NCBI GenBank assembly: GCA_963693365.1
Contig: CAVNZM010000007.1
Span: 10,971,962-11,035,961, forward strand
DNA: 64,000 nucleotides
Source: Amoebidium appalachense
Taxonomy: Eukaryota > Protista > Ichthyosporea
Direction of reading: 5' to 3'
The stretch's first letter is position 1. The number at the start of each line of letters is the position of its first letter. The position numbers and the translations under genes were made by a program. Below are positions 48,351 to 62,769 of this stretch, piece after piece. The notes under the pieces are model-generated. The model was not told where the DNA came from, searched no databases, and worked only from the letters and a program-made list of their open reading frames with translations.

Positions 48351-50794
48351 CTACTTGTCGTACTTTTGCTTGCGCAGGCGCAGCAGCTGCTTTCTAGCAT
48401 TCTCCAGCTCTTTCTCCTTTCTTAGGATCTCCTCCTGCATAGCTATCTCCTGGGCAATAGAGCCCACCTTGAACTTATTCAGCTCCACGTCCTTGCTTTC
48501 CTCCTGGAACACGGCTGCCTCCTTTGCACTCTTGACAAGTGCATCCGTGGCCTTGGTCACTGCCTTGCCGGCCGTGTCCAGCCGGGCCTGAGCCTTGCTG
48601 TTCTTGTCGGCCTTGACCCTACATGCACCAGTCAGTACCCTGCCCACCAACCCAACCAACACCCCCAGCCTGGCTGGTGCACACACCTGCAGGCCAGCAG
48701 CAGCTGCTGTGTGGCCGAGGACACGGCCATGGACGATGAGATCAGGCGCTCCTCCGAGGCCTCCCCCCTCCACGGCCGCATTTGCCGCATCCCCCAGCAG
48801 GGCTGTGGCCCCGGCCACGTTCTTTGCCGCACTGACCAGGCCCTCGGCCCAGGCCGCATCGTCCCGGTACTTGTCCGACCCCTTGACCGTGCTGATCCGC
48901 CCCTGCGTCATCAGCTCGTGCTGCGCTGCCTGTGGCCCCAACCAGTTAGCACCCCCCCACCCCCCCACCCCACCCCAAGGCCATGCAGCAGGGTAGGCTA
49001 CCTGTGCGGCGGTCATGAGGGACGTGGTGGCATTGGTGATGCCCTGGGCGGCGCTGAGGATGACGTCCTCGAAGTTCATGTCCCCGTCCAGCTCGCTCTT
49101 CTGCAGCCGTGGCCGCAGCTCAGCCAGCCGCCTGGCCGTGGTCTCGATCTGCGCTGCCGCCTGCTGCAGCTCCCTCTCAGCCGCCACGTGGGGGTCATCT
49201 GGGTCCTCCATGTCCTGCCCCTTGAGCGCCCGTGCTGCCCCGCACACCTCATTGACACTGTCGGCAACCGCCTTGCTGTGCTCAGGTAGAACCTGCATGC
49301 ACAGTGTCAGCACCCGCCCCCTCTCCCCCCCCAATTTATGCAGCGCATGGGGCAGACACGTACGTTCTTAGCGGCGTCATTTGCAGGGTCGTTGAGGTGC
49401 TTGTGCACGGCAGTCAGCAGGCGCAGGGCGGCCTGAGCCGATGTGGCCACGGCCTGCAGGGCCAGGCGCTTGGCCTCGTCCTTGCCCTCCGTGCTGGCCT
49501 CAGCAGCGCCCTTGCCGGTCTGCACCATGTCCACCACGGCCTTGCGCACGGCGTTGGCCCCCTGCATGACCTCTGTCTGGCTGCCCCCCTGCATGGCGCT
49601 GACCAGCTTTGCACTGCTCAGGGTCATGGCCTTGGTGCTGGCTGCCAGCATCTCCGGGGTGGCCCCCTGGCGCTTTGCCGGTTCACTGGTGTCCAGCGTC
49701 TTGAGCTCGGCCGTGACGGCATCAATGGCGCTCTCCGTGGCCCGCATGCCCCTGGCCGACTCGTCCTCCACCGACCGGATGGTCTTGAGCAGCGATGCAA
49801 CGGCCCCGGCAATGTTCTTGGCCTCCCCCTGCACACCAACCACTCAGGAAACAGCCCTCTCCATTGCCGCCCCCCCCCCCCCCCCCCAAAAAAAAAAAAA
49901 AAAAAAAAAAAACCACCACCGCCACCCCCCCCCCCCCCCCCCCCCCCCCCCCAAAAGGAGCCTTGCCACTGAGGCCACTCAATTCCTTGCCAACCCCTCC
50001 TCAGCGATGCAATCAGATTTGAACCACTACTTAGTGATTGCGAACTCGTGTATACTCCGAAATCCCCCCCCCCAAAGCTCCCCCCCAACCCCATTGCTCT
50101 GCATGCACACACCTTGAGGTTCGCCACAGCCGGGTCTGTCTGCTGGCGGCCAGCAGCAGCCATGGTAGCGCCCAGCAGGCGCTGCTCAGCCGCCACCACA
50201 TCGCGCACACCGTACAGCAGCAGCTCCTGTGCCCCACGGTCGTCGGGGCCCACAGCCGCTGCGGCCTTCTTAGTGGTGTCTGCCAGGGTGGCTGTGGCCT
50301 GCAGGGCCTTGACCACGGCTGCAGCCAGCTGGTCCTGGCTGGCGGCCTGGGCGCCGACCAGCTGCTTGCTTGCATCCAGCACGTCCTTTGTCTGGCTGGC
50401 CACGGCCTCCTTGTGCAAATCGAACTTGTCGTCTTCCCTCTCTGCCGCCAGGGACCCAGCAGATGCAAACATGGCCGTGGTGTTGAGCTCCCCCACCAGC
50501 CCCTCCAAGGTCTGCACGGCCCCCTCTGCGGCCCTCATGCCCTTTGTGCCCATCTGTAGGCTGCCAAACAGCTTGGCAATGTCCTGGCTGACCTGCTGCG
50601 TGCCCGCAGCCACGGCCTTGCGGGTGTCAAAGTCGTCGGGGTTGCCCTGCAGCGCCTTGCCGGCAGCAACCAGGGCGGCCACGCTGACGCCCAGGCCCTT
50701 GGTGGTGTTCTGCAGCACCGCATTGGCCTCCTCGTTGTCTGCACACACACACACTCAGCCCTTGCATCCACCTGCACACCTTCCGCACCCTCTA

Positions 50795-50833
<39 letters not shown>

Positions 50834-53800
50834 CTCCCCCCCCCCCCCCCCCACCACCACCACCACCAGCAACAATCCCAGCCACAGGCAACCCATGCCC
50901 AAGCACTAGCAGGTGCGTACCGGATGTGGCCAGGGCACCCTTTGCGTGGGTGGCTATCTCGCTGAAGTGGCCGGCCACTGTGCGCAGGGCATCGACCATG
51001 GTGTCGGGGGTTGCTGCCGTGACGGCCGGCAGGGCTGTGGCCAGCTTCTTTGCTGCGGCCTGCATGGCCGTGTTGTACTCCACATACGCCTGGTCGGCCT
51101 GACCGTCCTCCCCGTTGTCCAGTGCCGCCACTGCCCGTTGCACGTTTGCTGCAATGGCCCTGCACACAAAACTCAGAACCGGTCCCTCCCCATCCCCATC
51201 CCCTATCCTCCTTCCCCCCCCCCCCCCCCCCCTCCCCCGTGCAAGCTGCCTACCCGATGGCGCCGATGTCGCCTGTGGCATCCTCGAGCTGGCGGGTCAT
51301 CTCAGCCAGGTCCAGCTGGAACCGGGTCACGGCATCGTCAATATCGCCATGCGCCGCCCCGTTGTTCTTGTCCCCCCCAGCTGCCTGGCATGCTGTGCCC
51401 CACCCACCGTCAGCACACCATCACACCCATGCCCACCCCGTCAGATGTCTCCATTTCACGTCCAGAGGGCCTTGGCCTTAACGCATTCCTCCCTGCCAAC
51501 ACCCACCTCCCCACCACCCCCACCCCCAACCACCACCAAAAGAAGCACACATTTGCTGACCGGCCATCCACACATACCTACAAAAAGATATCAGAGCTGG
51601 AGGGACCGGCAGAGGGAGAGGCAAGGGTACAGAAAGAGACGAACAGAGAGAAGAGAAAGGAGGGAGTGGGGCGGGGGGGGAGGGGGTGGGCGTGGGTGAG
51701 CACCACACACCTTTGACAATGTCCAGAGCTGCATGCGCCACGGTCTTTGTGTGCTCCAGCACCTGCTGCTGCCTCTTGCGGTCCCCCAGCTTCGTGGCCG
51801 CCCCCGTTGCTGCCGATGTGAGCTGCATGCCCCCATCAGCACCCGCCTGCACACTGCCCCTCCACCCCCCTGGGTGCAGGCACGTACCGGCAGGAACTGC
51901 TCGGAGAAGGCCAGCACGGCATGGCCCAGCTTCTGGGGCTCGGCCTTGCCGGCCGTCACGGCTGCATCCATCAGCGGGCCCAGGTCTTGGCAGGCATTCA
52001 GCATGGCCTCTTGGAACCCCTGCACACACCCACCAATCAGCACCAAATCCCCCCCCCCCCCCCCCCCCCCCCCTTCCTCGCCCCCCTTCCCTAGCGTCGT
52101 TGTGTAATCGGGCCTACCTGCAGGTCGTTGTCTGAGCGCAGCTTGAGGCCGCCAACGGATGCGGCCAGCACGGAATGGTCCAGCACCTGGATGGCATCCT
52201 GCAGCGTCTCAACGGCCTGCCCGCACTCCTTCTGCCCCGGCGCATTGGCCTGCAACCAGCATGTCAACACCCAGCACCACACAAGGCCAGGCCGCCAGAG
52301 CCATTGGACGCACCTGGATAGCCGTGGCCAGGGCCTTGATGGCGTCGCTCAGGTCCTTGGCCTGGGCCGTGTAGCCGGCCACAAGGGCCGTATCGGTCTG
52401 GTCCACGGCCAGCTGCTTGCCCATCTCCAGCACCTTCTCGGCCGTGGCCACCATGCGCCGTGCGGCTGCCATCACCGGCTAGTGCCCCCCTGCCTGTCAG
52501 CACCCACTCACCCATCCCCCCCATGCCGGCTGCAGCATGCATGGGCACATACCTCCTGCTTGGCCTGGGCCTCGGGGGCAATGACTGCCGGGGTGGTGGC
52601 AAACTCGGGGGAGGCAGCCAGGGCCACCAGCTGGTCCACGGCCTCGGCCAGGGGGGCCGTAGCATCCACACAGCGGGCCTGCTTGTCCTCGTCAGGGGCG
52701 GCAGCCAGGGCCTTGATGGCCTGCACCAGGGTGCCCGTGGTGGCGGCTATGGCCTTGGCGCTGGCCACAAAGTTCTGCTTGGCCACGGGGTTGCTGGTCT
52801 TGGCCGACGCCACCTTGCAGGCCGAGCACAGCGCCGACGTGTGCTTGGCAATGGCCGTGGCGGCGCCCAGCACCTGCTGCTGGCCGGCATCGGGGGTGCG
52901 CAGCACGTCGATGGCCTCCTCGATGGCCTTCTGGCTCTGTATCACGGCCTGCGCATCGATGCAGCCCGGCACGGCCGCTGCGGATGCTGGGTCGGCCACC
53001 CCAATCAGGTAGGCTGCCTGCACGGCCGCATTGGCTAGGTCGGCCGTCTGTGCCCATGAATGTCAGCATCCGTGACCCCCCCCCCCCCTCCCCCCCCCCC
53101 CGCCCCCCCAATGCAAGCAGCTCACTTACATTCGTGGCAGCCGCAGTGGCAGCCTGGCCAATCTGGGCCGGGTCGTTTGCTCGGGCCGAGTTTGAGATGT
53201 TGCGTGTGGCCGTGACCAGGGCAGCGCTCTTGTCCTGCACTGTGCCCAGGCACTCGAAGTACGTGTGCTCCCCAACGGGCTCCGTGGGCTTGTTCTGCAG
53301 CCCAGCCATCAGCGCCTGCACGCTGCGGGCTGCGCTCTCACACTCCTGCACACCGGGCCCGCTCTTGGACAGGGTGGCCACCAGCCCGTCCACGGCATCT
53401 TGCAGCTGCACCCACCTGGTTAGCACACGGCCCATGACACCTAGCCCACTGCAGGCCTAGCATGCACATGCCACAGACCCAGCCCTCACCTGTCTGGCAG
53501 CGGCTGTCAGGGCGGTCTTTGCGGTGACGGCCGTGGGGTTTGCGGTGACCTGGCGGGTGGCCAGCAGCAGGCCCTGTGTGGCCGTGGCTAGGGCACGCAT
53601 CTGCAGCTGGGCCTCCTTCCTGATCTCGTCCTTGGCCTCGCAGCCGGCCAGCAGCTCGCTGGTGGCCACGGTGGTCTGGAAGCTGCCCTCGACCCGCCGG
53701 GTGGCGTCAGCAACCTGGTCCGGGCTGCCCCTGCTGGCCGCCACTAGGATGGCTGCCCCCAGGCTGAGCTGGCCCGTGGCCTCTGCAAACTGGCTGCGCA

Positions 53801-56800
53801 CGGCATCCACATTGTGGTCGGCCGGCATGCTGGCGGGGGCCGCCGTGTCCAGGCGGGCCATGGCGGCCTTGACGGTTTTGAGGGCCTCCTCGATGTCCCG
53901 CTGGCCCGGCAGGGTCTGCACCATGTCCTGCAGCGCACGCTGCACCCCCTTGGCTGCCCCCTGCAGCTTGCTGCTGCGCTCGGCATCCCCGGGGTTGGCC
54001 AGGGCATACTCGGCTGCACCAATCAGCGCATGCGAGGCAGCCATCGTGGCCACGGCCGAGGCCAGCATCTCCTTCTGCAGGGGATCCTGCAACACAGTGT
54101 TAGCAGCCACACATGGGCAGCTGGCGGCTACCAGGATTTAGGCACACAATGAGAGGTACAACACACAAACACAACACATCAAGCACCACACAACCACAAC
54201 CATACTGACCCACACACATCCCCGACCACCCACAACCACATACTGACACATCCACCCACACTTGTTATACAGTTTTTAATTCTACGTGTAAATCCCCCAT
54301 CCCCCATCCCCCATCCACCCACACAAGTGATACAGCTAACGAATATACGTGGAAAAATCCCCCCCCCCCCCCCCCCCTCTCTCCCGCCCTTCCCCCTTCC
54401 CTCTTTGCCGGGGTCCCGTCCCGAATACCCACAGGCATACACCCACAAACAGCCAATTAGACACACACCTTGGATGCGGCAGCAACACCACGGGCAGCTG
54501 CAGCCATGACCTGCAGGGCAGCCGATGTGTCCTTTGCAGCCAGGCCCGTCAGGCTCTCGCTCTGCTGCATGGCGGCCGACAGCAGCTGGGCCATGGACGA
54601 CCCCACGGTCTTGGTGGTGGCTGCAACCTGCCCCGCAATGCCCTCAGCACCAGGTCCCTGCCAACCCCTCGGCCCTGCCAACACCGTGCACATACCTCGA
54701 GGGCGCAGGCCTCAGTGGTCTCGCCTGGCTGGGGCTCGAGCCTGCCAGCCTGTGCGTCTCCCTGGGCATCCTCCAGGCCCTGGCGCAGGGCGCTGACCTG
54801 GTCCAGGGCCGCAATGATCTCCAGCCCCCCACAGGCCCCCATGGCCGTCTCCTGTGCCGCCTTGAGCTCGGCCAGCGCCGTGGCTGCCGACCGGCTGAAG
54901 TTGCTCAGCTGCTTGGCTGCTGCTGGGTCCCCAATGGTTGCCGTGGCTACCTTGGCCGTGGCCACCTGCACACACCCCCGTCAGCCATGTGAACCCCAAA
55001 GCAAGGGCTTTGCCCATGGGGGGGGACCACGAACCAGTTTTGAGCCCGGGGCGATGATGGCCTTTGCATCGTTGAGCAGGGCCAGCTGGGCCTTGGGGTT
55101 GGCCCGGTCCAGGCCAAAGTCCTTGGTGGTCTGCACCGTGGCTGCAAGCTGGTCGCCCATGAGCTTGGCCTGGCCCATCAGCTGCTGCTGGCTGGCCGCA
55201 TTGCGGTTGCTGCCGCTGGAGTTTGTGGCGCCGCCAGTCAGCTGGGTGCAGGCGCTGGTGGCCTTCTTGACGGCCATCTCCAGATTGCGCAGGGCCTTCT
55301 TCTTGGCTGCATCCTGCGCCACACTGGCCACCAGGTTGCTCAGCTCCCCCTGCTTGCTGGCATCCGTGGCCATGCCCTGTGTCCTGCGTCAGCACCACCC
55401 CCCTGCAGCCATGCACCCCACCATCACACCATCACGGGCCTACCTCGCAGGCTGCAGCCAGGGAGGCGGCCAGGGCCAGCAGGCGGTCCCTTGCTGTGTC
55501 GGACTCCTTCTCTGCATCGGCCTCCATGGCCCGCACCAGCTCCCCTACCATGCCCCGCATGGCCTCCACCTGCACCCACACACACTCAGAATGTGCCCCC
55601 CATACCCCATGCAGCACACACACAGGCAGGGGACACATACGGCCTCAGGGTCCTGCCAGTCCAGGCTGGCTAGCTTGGGAGCCAGGTCTGAGGCCATTGG
55701 CTCGTGGGTCAGGCCCTCGTCCACGGCCTGGCCGGCATTCTTGGAGCGGGCCACCAGCTGGGCAATGGTGGCCCTGACGCGGCCGCACTCCGAGGCCATC
55801 TGGTCGGTCAGGTCCTTGTCGCTGCAGGCCTGCTGGCCGTGGTCCTGCAGGTCCCCAATGGCGGCCAGCAGGTGCTTGGCGGCCTCGACCAATGCCTCCT
55901 GGCACTGCATGTTGTTGATGGTGGGCGCCAGCACCCGGGCACTGGTGACCAGCTGGCTGGTCGAGATGGCGACCCGCTTGGCCGCCTCGATGACCCTGCT
56001 CTGGGCCGAGGGGTCATCGGCCCTGTTTGCCAGCTCCTTGCTGAGGGCCACCAGCCCGGCCGTGCCCGTGCTGACCTGCTTGGCCAGCTCCACTAGCTCC
56101 TCCTGCACACGCTCCTCCACTACCTCCTCGTCCCGTGGCATCAGCTGCCAACACCACAGACGTCAGCCCCTGCCCCCGCCCCCCCTTCCCCCCGCCCCGC
56201 ACCCCCCCCCCCCCCCCAGCACACAGCCCGGCAGGCCACTCACAGTCAGCAAATCCTTGACATGTGTGCCGATGGCGGTTGCTGCCGCAATCAGGTCCTT
56301 GCGCTCCATGGCCGAGTCTGGGTTGACGGCCTGCAACATCTTGGACGTGGCATCGGCAAGACTGCGTGCCGCCTGCACGTGCACGGTCAGCCCCCCACCC
56401 CCTGGCTGCCCCCCACAGCCATGCACAGGCCACATACCACCAGCAGGCCCTCGGTGGTGTCTTCATCGTCGGCCAGGGCGGCCAGCAGGCGAGAGGCCTT
56501 TGTCAGCTCGGCCAGGTTGCTGGTCATGGAGACCACGGCAGACCCCGTGGCCAGCATGTTCTGCTGCGTCTTGTCACTGGACGTCAGCAGCATGATGCTG
56601 GCCGTGGTGGCTGACAGCGATGCCAGCTGTGCTGACGCATTGCGGCTGCTGTTTGTCTGGGTGTTGCGCTTCCAGGCAATGGAGGCATCGTCCTTGCCCA
56701 GGGGGGGTAGGGATGTGGGGCTGTTGAGGTCTGCGTTGCACGAGTTAACAGCAGCATAGCCCGACTGGATGTTGCCCTGCAGGGTGCTCTTGGCCGTGAA

Positions 56801-58196
56801 CAGCGCCTCCTCGGCCTGCATGCCCTGTCAGAATCCACCACACACCCACCTCACCCCCTCCAGGCCACCCTCCAGGCACCTTGGCTGCATCCATGCCCGT
56901 CTCTCCAGCGGCCGTAATGGCCAGTGGGCCCCTGCCTGCAGCCTTGTCTGAGCCGGACGCTGTGCCCGTGGCGCCGCCAAAGGTGATGGCCTTGACCCCA
57001 CTGCGGGTGGTGGCCGTGATACCCCCTCGGGTGCCCCGGATGACCCCCACCCTACCCACATTGGACTCTGTGGCACGCCCCACGGAGGCCGTCATGAACT
57101 GGATGGCCGTGCCCTTGGCCCCGCTGATATTCTCAGTGGTGGTGACGGATGAGCCCTCATCGTCGTTGGGGTTGAACTCGGACTCCTTCTTCTTCTTGAT
57201 GATGAAGTCGATGTAGCCCGCAATCAGACGTGAGATGGCCTCACCCTCTGTGGTCTGCACGGAGTAGTACTCGTCCGAGTAGTCTCCAAAGTCCAACGTG
57301 AAGCTGCAAACCACACAGTGTTAGACACACACACATACACACCATCCATGCATCTCTATCGGATGATGGGGGTTACCTGGTTGGTGAGGCAGCCCAGCGG
57401 CGCACAGTGGTAAGTGGCCACGTCTTTATGACCTCCTTAGTGGTCTCATCGACGCGCATGACACTGTCCCTGGAGATGCCCAGCAGGCGGGGCACGACCT
57501 TGTTCTTGAGCTTGACCTTCTCCTTGACCAGGAAGAAGGTCATGCCGTAGGTCTTGAGGGAGCGGCACAGCTGGATGTAGCGGTACTTTGCATTGAGGTC
57601 CGTCATGCCCTTGAGTTTGCGGTGCTCCTGGAAGATGCGTTTGGCCACGTCCTTGACCTTGCAGTGCTCCTCCGGCAGGTAGGCTCGCAGGCTGCACACA
57701 AACAGTCAGCACAAGCAGGACACATGTGTGTGGGTGCGAGGCCCAGAGCCAAGGTATGTGCCTGAACACCACAACCCTGTTTGGGAGAAACAACTGCAAG
57801 GAATACTGGGGTCTACCAGAGCTACGTGGCTTCTCTACAGCTCCCAAAGCATCACCACACCCAAGATTTTCCTGTAATCCGCCTAAATTGCTTTTATGTC
57901 CTAGCCCGACCTGTTATCCGATTAAACTCCCTCTCCCCCCTTCCCCTCCTCCTCCCCCCCTCCCCCCCCCCCCCCCCCGATATCCCATGGAATCCCACCC
58001 CCCCTGGGTGCCCCTCACTCTATCTCTAGCCCACCCTCAAGGTTATTTCTGTCAATTGTGCCCGTTTGGACGTGTGTTGTCTGTGTGTAAGTGCAGAGAC
58101 ATGCATGTGCATCTGCAAGCACACATGTGTACATTCGGTGTGTGCATTCGGTGTGTGTGTGCGTGTGTGTGCGTGTATTGTGTGTGTACGCGCGCA

Positions 58197-58227
<31 letters not shown>

Positions 58228-58563
58228 TGTGTGCGTGCACGTGTGTGCGTGTTTGTGGGTGTTCACGCAAGACACTGAGATGGGGGGTGAAATAGACAGA
58301 GATTGTGTGTGTGCATGTTTTGTCTGTGTGCAGTGGCCAATCACAGCACTGTTTGTGCACTAGCCACCCACGTGGTGCACATACTCTATGGACCCAGGCA
58401 CGTGGGTCTCCGGGTTGTGGTCGCCCAGCTGGACCTGGCACTGCATGGCGGCAAACTGGATGGCCTCCTCCAAAGTGCACGGGTGCAGACTCTTGAGCAG
58501 GTCGTCACGTGCCTGCATGCCTGCATTAGCAGCAAACCAACACAACACCACAGCCCAGCCCAG

Positions 58564-58600
<37 letters not shown>

Positions 58601-60655
58601 CCCCCCGCCCCCCGCCCCCCGCCCCCCGCCCAGCCCCCTCCCTGCCCATCACCACCACCGCCCATACCTGCACGTAGATGAGGTTGAGCTGCACGGGGTC
58701 GTTCTTGTCGACATTCTGGTCCGAGAAGAAGAACTTCTTGCGCAGCCGCACCGTGTCTGTCTCCTTGACCCCTTGCTCCCGCAGGCTCTTGTCGTGGTTG
58801 AGCCAGTTGACTGGTAGGTGTTTGTTAGGGCACCACTCCAGCACCACAGTTGACATTATAAATACAGAGGCTTGCATCTTTTTTTTTTCCCCATCAGAAT
58901 TTTAGGAGGGGCGGGGCGGGGGGGGGGGGGGGGGGGGGGGGGGGGACGGGGGGGAGGATCAACACTAATAATAAATGATCATTCTCCCCATCCACCCCAC
59001 CACCCACCCACCCACCCACCCATCCGCCTACCCACACCAGCTCTCAGACTAAACCTTAACCCTATCCCTAAACCTTTGCATGTATCTTGCAGAACATCCT
59101 CTAAGGTGGCCGACAGGGGCTTCAGAGGCACCCACTTTCGTCGTCCGTGTGCAGCTTCTGCTGCAGCTGGCTCATCTTCTTCTCCTCCTTCTCTTTGGCC
59201 AGCCGCTCCTTCTTGGTCTCCTCGTAGATGCCCCCCTCGATCTTCTTTTCCCGATCCAGCGAGTCGCCTGCACCATTGGCCCTTCAGCGAGGATAACACG
59301 GACAGATTATGCATGATTTGCATGGCCAGCTGAAGCTGACGGCAAGCTGGCTTTGGGAAACATGAAGAGAGAATGCAGTCTATGCATGGTATTGTCTATC
59401 ACCGGACATCAGACTAGGGGAAAGATATTGGACGTATAGGGCAACACGAGGAAATATCACAAGAAAATATGAGGAAAAAAAGAGGTGAAAAAAATGGAGG
59501 TGAAGCATAGGACGGGAGGGTAGGCAGAGGGGAAGAAAAAATATGTACCAGCCAGGAAATAGAGAGTGGTAGTAGCATCCACTGCTGCATGGCAACACAT
59601 AGTGTGTTGCATTATTTGCGTGCTAGGGTGTGCAGTCGTAACAGCATGTGTGGGTGTTTGTGGCCGTAAGTGAGCTTTGAGTGTGGTGTTGTGTATTTGT
59701 TGTGTATGTATATGGTTGCTGCCACCGGATATCCGGGTGTGGGGGGGGGGGGGGGGGGGGGGGTTTGAATGCGTCAAAAAGTACGAAGTACACAAGAACA
59801 AACGGATAACACGATGCAGAATGCAAGCCATACATAAAGAGTATGCATTATAAGCAGAGCCCATCGTCAGGGGGGGCCCACGTCATCCACAGTACCCGAG
59901 TTTCGACCTATTCACCTCGTTAACGAAACCCAACTCAGATACTGTTTCACTTGAACATGGGTAGGTCACCCGTCTTGATCAGAGACGAGCAGGGTTGCTT
60001 ATGCAGGCAAGGGCAGTGGGAAAGGCCGGGGGTTAAAGTTGCAGCAGTAAGCAGAAGCAAGAAAAATATAGATAGGAACTCAGGAGACGGGGCTTCTAGG
60101 AAGCTCCCCCGTCGCTACCTAAGCCGATACTTCCCTGGCTAACATACTACACCAGCTGAAAAGAATAAGTCCCGGAGGCCGCAGAATTCGCAAACAGAGG
60201 GGAAAATATGAGATTTGGGTAGTAACACGCTTACTAGGGCGGAACTTTCACGTCTTCGAACGGAAAGCTATGCCCCCGGATGTCAGCCGGAAATATGGTA
60301 TCACCCATTGCTTTGGGCTTGAAAAAAGCCAAATCGATAGTCCGAGTTATGTTACGCCGGCGGGTAACATGCCGCATGGGTTCCAAGGGAGCTGTCGCCA
60401 ACAAAGCGGTGTGTGCTTGCGTGCGCGTAACGCAATGTGTGAAGTGTGTCTATAGCTATGAGAGGGGGTATGCAGAAGTGGACAGATGAAGTGTGTGGAG
60501 AGAAAAACAGTAGGAAGAAAAGTAGACACCGGTGTGTGCAACCCCGCACAACATACACACACACACACACACACACATAAATAAGCGAAGATTACAGGTA
60601 ATCAACCAGAACAACAAATGACAAGCAAAACAACAGGCGCCAAAAAAAAAAAAAA

Positions 60656-60688
<33 letters not shown>

Positions 60689-61209
60689 AAGGGGGGGGGG
60701 GGGGGGGGAGGGGGAGGGGGAGAGGGAGGGGAGGGGGGGGGGGGGGGGGGAGGATAGGACGCTCATACAAGTAGGATGGGATTGGGGGGTGTAGGGCGAG
60801 AAATAAATGGAGACAAAATTGAGGATAGATACGACATAATGTGCAGTCGGAAAGGGATGTGTGTGTGTGTGTGTGTGTGTGTGTCTGCGTGTGTGGAAAG
60901 GGATGTGTGTGCGTGTCTGGGCATGTGGGTGTGGGGGAAGTTTGGGAATGTGTGGGAAAGTGGGGAAGAATGTGTTCCCCCGGGGGGGAAGAGGAGCCGG
61001 GGAGGTTATAATGATTTCCATAGTACTAAGTAAAGATTCATGCCGACAACACTGCAGATTGCACGTCACAAACAAAGAGCCAAAGAACCAGAATTCCTAC
61101 CCATTTACCTTGTTAAAGAAAACGGGGGGGGGGGGGGAGGGGGGGGGGAGGGGAGGCGAGGATCGCTGGGATGAGAGGCAGGGGATGTGCTCGCACAGAT
61201 GTGCTCGTG

Positions 61210-61276
<67 letters not shown>

Positions 61277-62769
61277 TGCGTGTGTGTGTGTGTCTGTCTA
61301 GGAAAGGAATAGTATTGCTCAGGTGAGTGCAAGTTCAGGAACTACAGCAAGGTAAAGAAGGTTGGATAAGATGCATTAAGGTATCGTTGCCGAGTGTAAG
61401 GCATGGGCTTGAAATGAAGAGGAAGAGGGGAGACAGCCCAAAGGTTGCAGAAAAGACAAAGGGAGCAGAGAAAGAGAAGGACACGGGATTTAACGAGTAT
61501 GTTCACTCGGCGTGTTGAATCAACACAAAACATCCTATAAGTAACAGTTTCGGGGCGCTGGGAGGGGGGGGGGGGGGCAAGAGGGGGAAAAAGAGTGTCA
61601 CGGGCAGGAGAAGAAAAAAGGTTTAATTGCGGTAAGCGGAGGAGAGCGGGGTCGGAGGGGAAAGACTTTGGACAATAGTCGATAAGGAACCATGGTACAA
61701 TATGAAAAGGGTGATGCCATCGCGTGGTTCTGGTTCTGTATGGATGTTCGTAGTTTTGTATGTGCATGCCGACTTGCTTGGCCTACCCACACACAACTAA
61801 ACCAATCCCAAAACCACATCTTCTGCAGCAATGGTTAAGGCAGCTCGCGTGTGCTTTATCCTAGTGATGTGCAAAGCAGGTAACAGGCGCGAAAACTACA
61901 CATGCATCTTTGTCAGGATCGGACCTGTGGAAGGATCGGAATGAGATAGGCAACAGGGCAAAGAGCGCACATACAGGTGATTGAAAATTCATCTGGGTTC
62001 GACAGGTTGATGCGAGCACAGATGGTCCGTATAATCTGGCCGACATTGTGGCTGTCGTCTATCAACACAGTGCGCTGGGACTCGTCCATCAAAATGACCT
62101 TCAGCGGTCTGTGCTTTTTCTTGTACTCAACAAGAACCTGCAGAGAACATTCGCCATGAATTAGTTTGCTGAAGGCGAAACAATAGTTGGTAGCTGGGTT
62201 CTGCATAGTTGCTAACCTAGGAGGACAATAAAAGCCAACTGCTAGGGCACTTACCCCATTCTTCATGTCGTAATAGTCCAAAGTGCGGCCTGGGTTCAGC
62301 CATTTGCCTCGGCGGTAGTCCTCATCCGGAAGGAACAACCCGTGGTCGCCGCCCCCGGCAGACTCGCCCAATTTCTCTTGGATGTCTTTGCAGGCATCGT
62401 AAACTATCAAAGACCCGTCAAACTGTGGGGGGAAGGGGGGGGGGGGGGGGGGGGAGGGGGGGGGGGGGGAGGGGGTGCAGTGAGAAAAAACCGAAAAACG
62501 TGGGGGAAACAAAGGGTTGCACGAAAATCACTTGATCTCGTGAGGCGCGTGTACTACTTCATCCAGCTTACAAAATAAACAAATCAAGCTGTTCCCTGCA
62601 CGTTCTCGCAGAAACCCACACGCGAGTACACCCCAGGCAGTAACTGTGTATATCTTCCCTTTTTCGTTTTTCTTTTTTGAAACAGGGCCAAACTGAAAGG
62701 GAAACCCACCTGCATAGACCTAATGGCATTAGTGTCTAGCACCTTGACTCTTAGCGTTATCATCACCAT
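48351..62769 (-). CDS. TLN: Talin (FERM F0-F3 head, helical rod, I/LWEQ actin-binding tail), ~29 exons, ~2500 aa by rough exon sum
   Basis: MVMITLRVK..MQ/FD; DHGLFLPDED..GKWL..GRTLDYY; KKHRPLKV; KLHTDDE; LRKKFFFSDQNVDKNDPVQLNLIYVQ; LCRSLKTYGMTFFLVKEK; RRWAASP; FTLDFGDYSDEYYSVQTTEGEAISRLIAGYIDFI; SLPPLGKDDAS; PGQKEC; FASAGSL; WAEGLVSAAKNVA; QEEILRKEKELENARKQLLRLRKQKY. GT-AG introns. Confidence 0.97.

Noticed and set aside
48595-57216. Long plus-strand ORFs antisense to talin (e.g. 54349-56595, 748 aa)
   Set aside because: Antisense shadows of GC3-rich, Ala-rich exons; no independent motifs.
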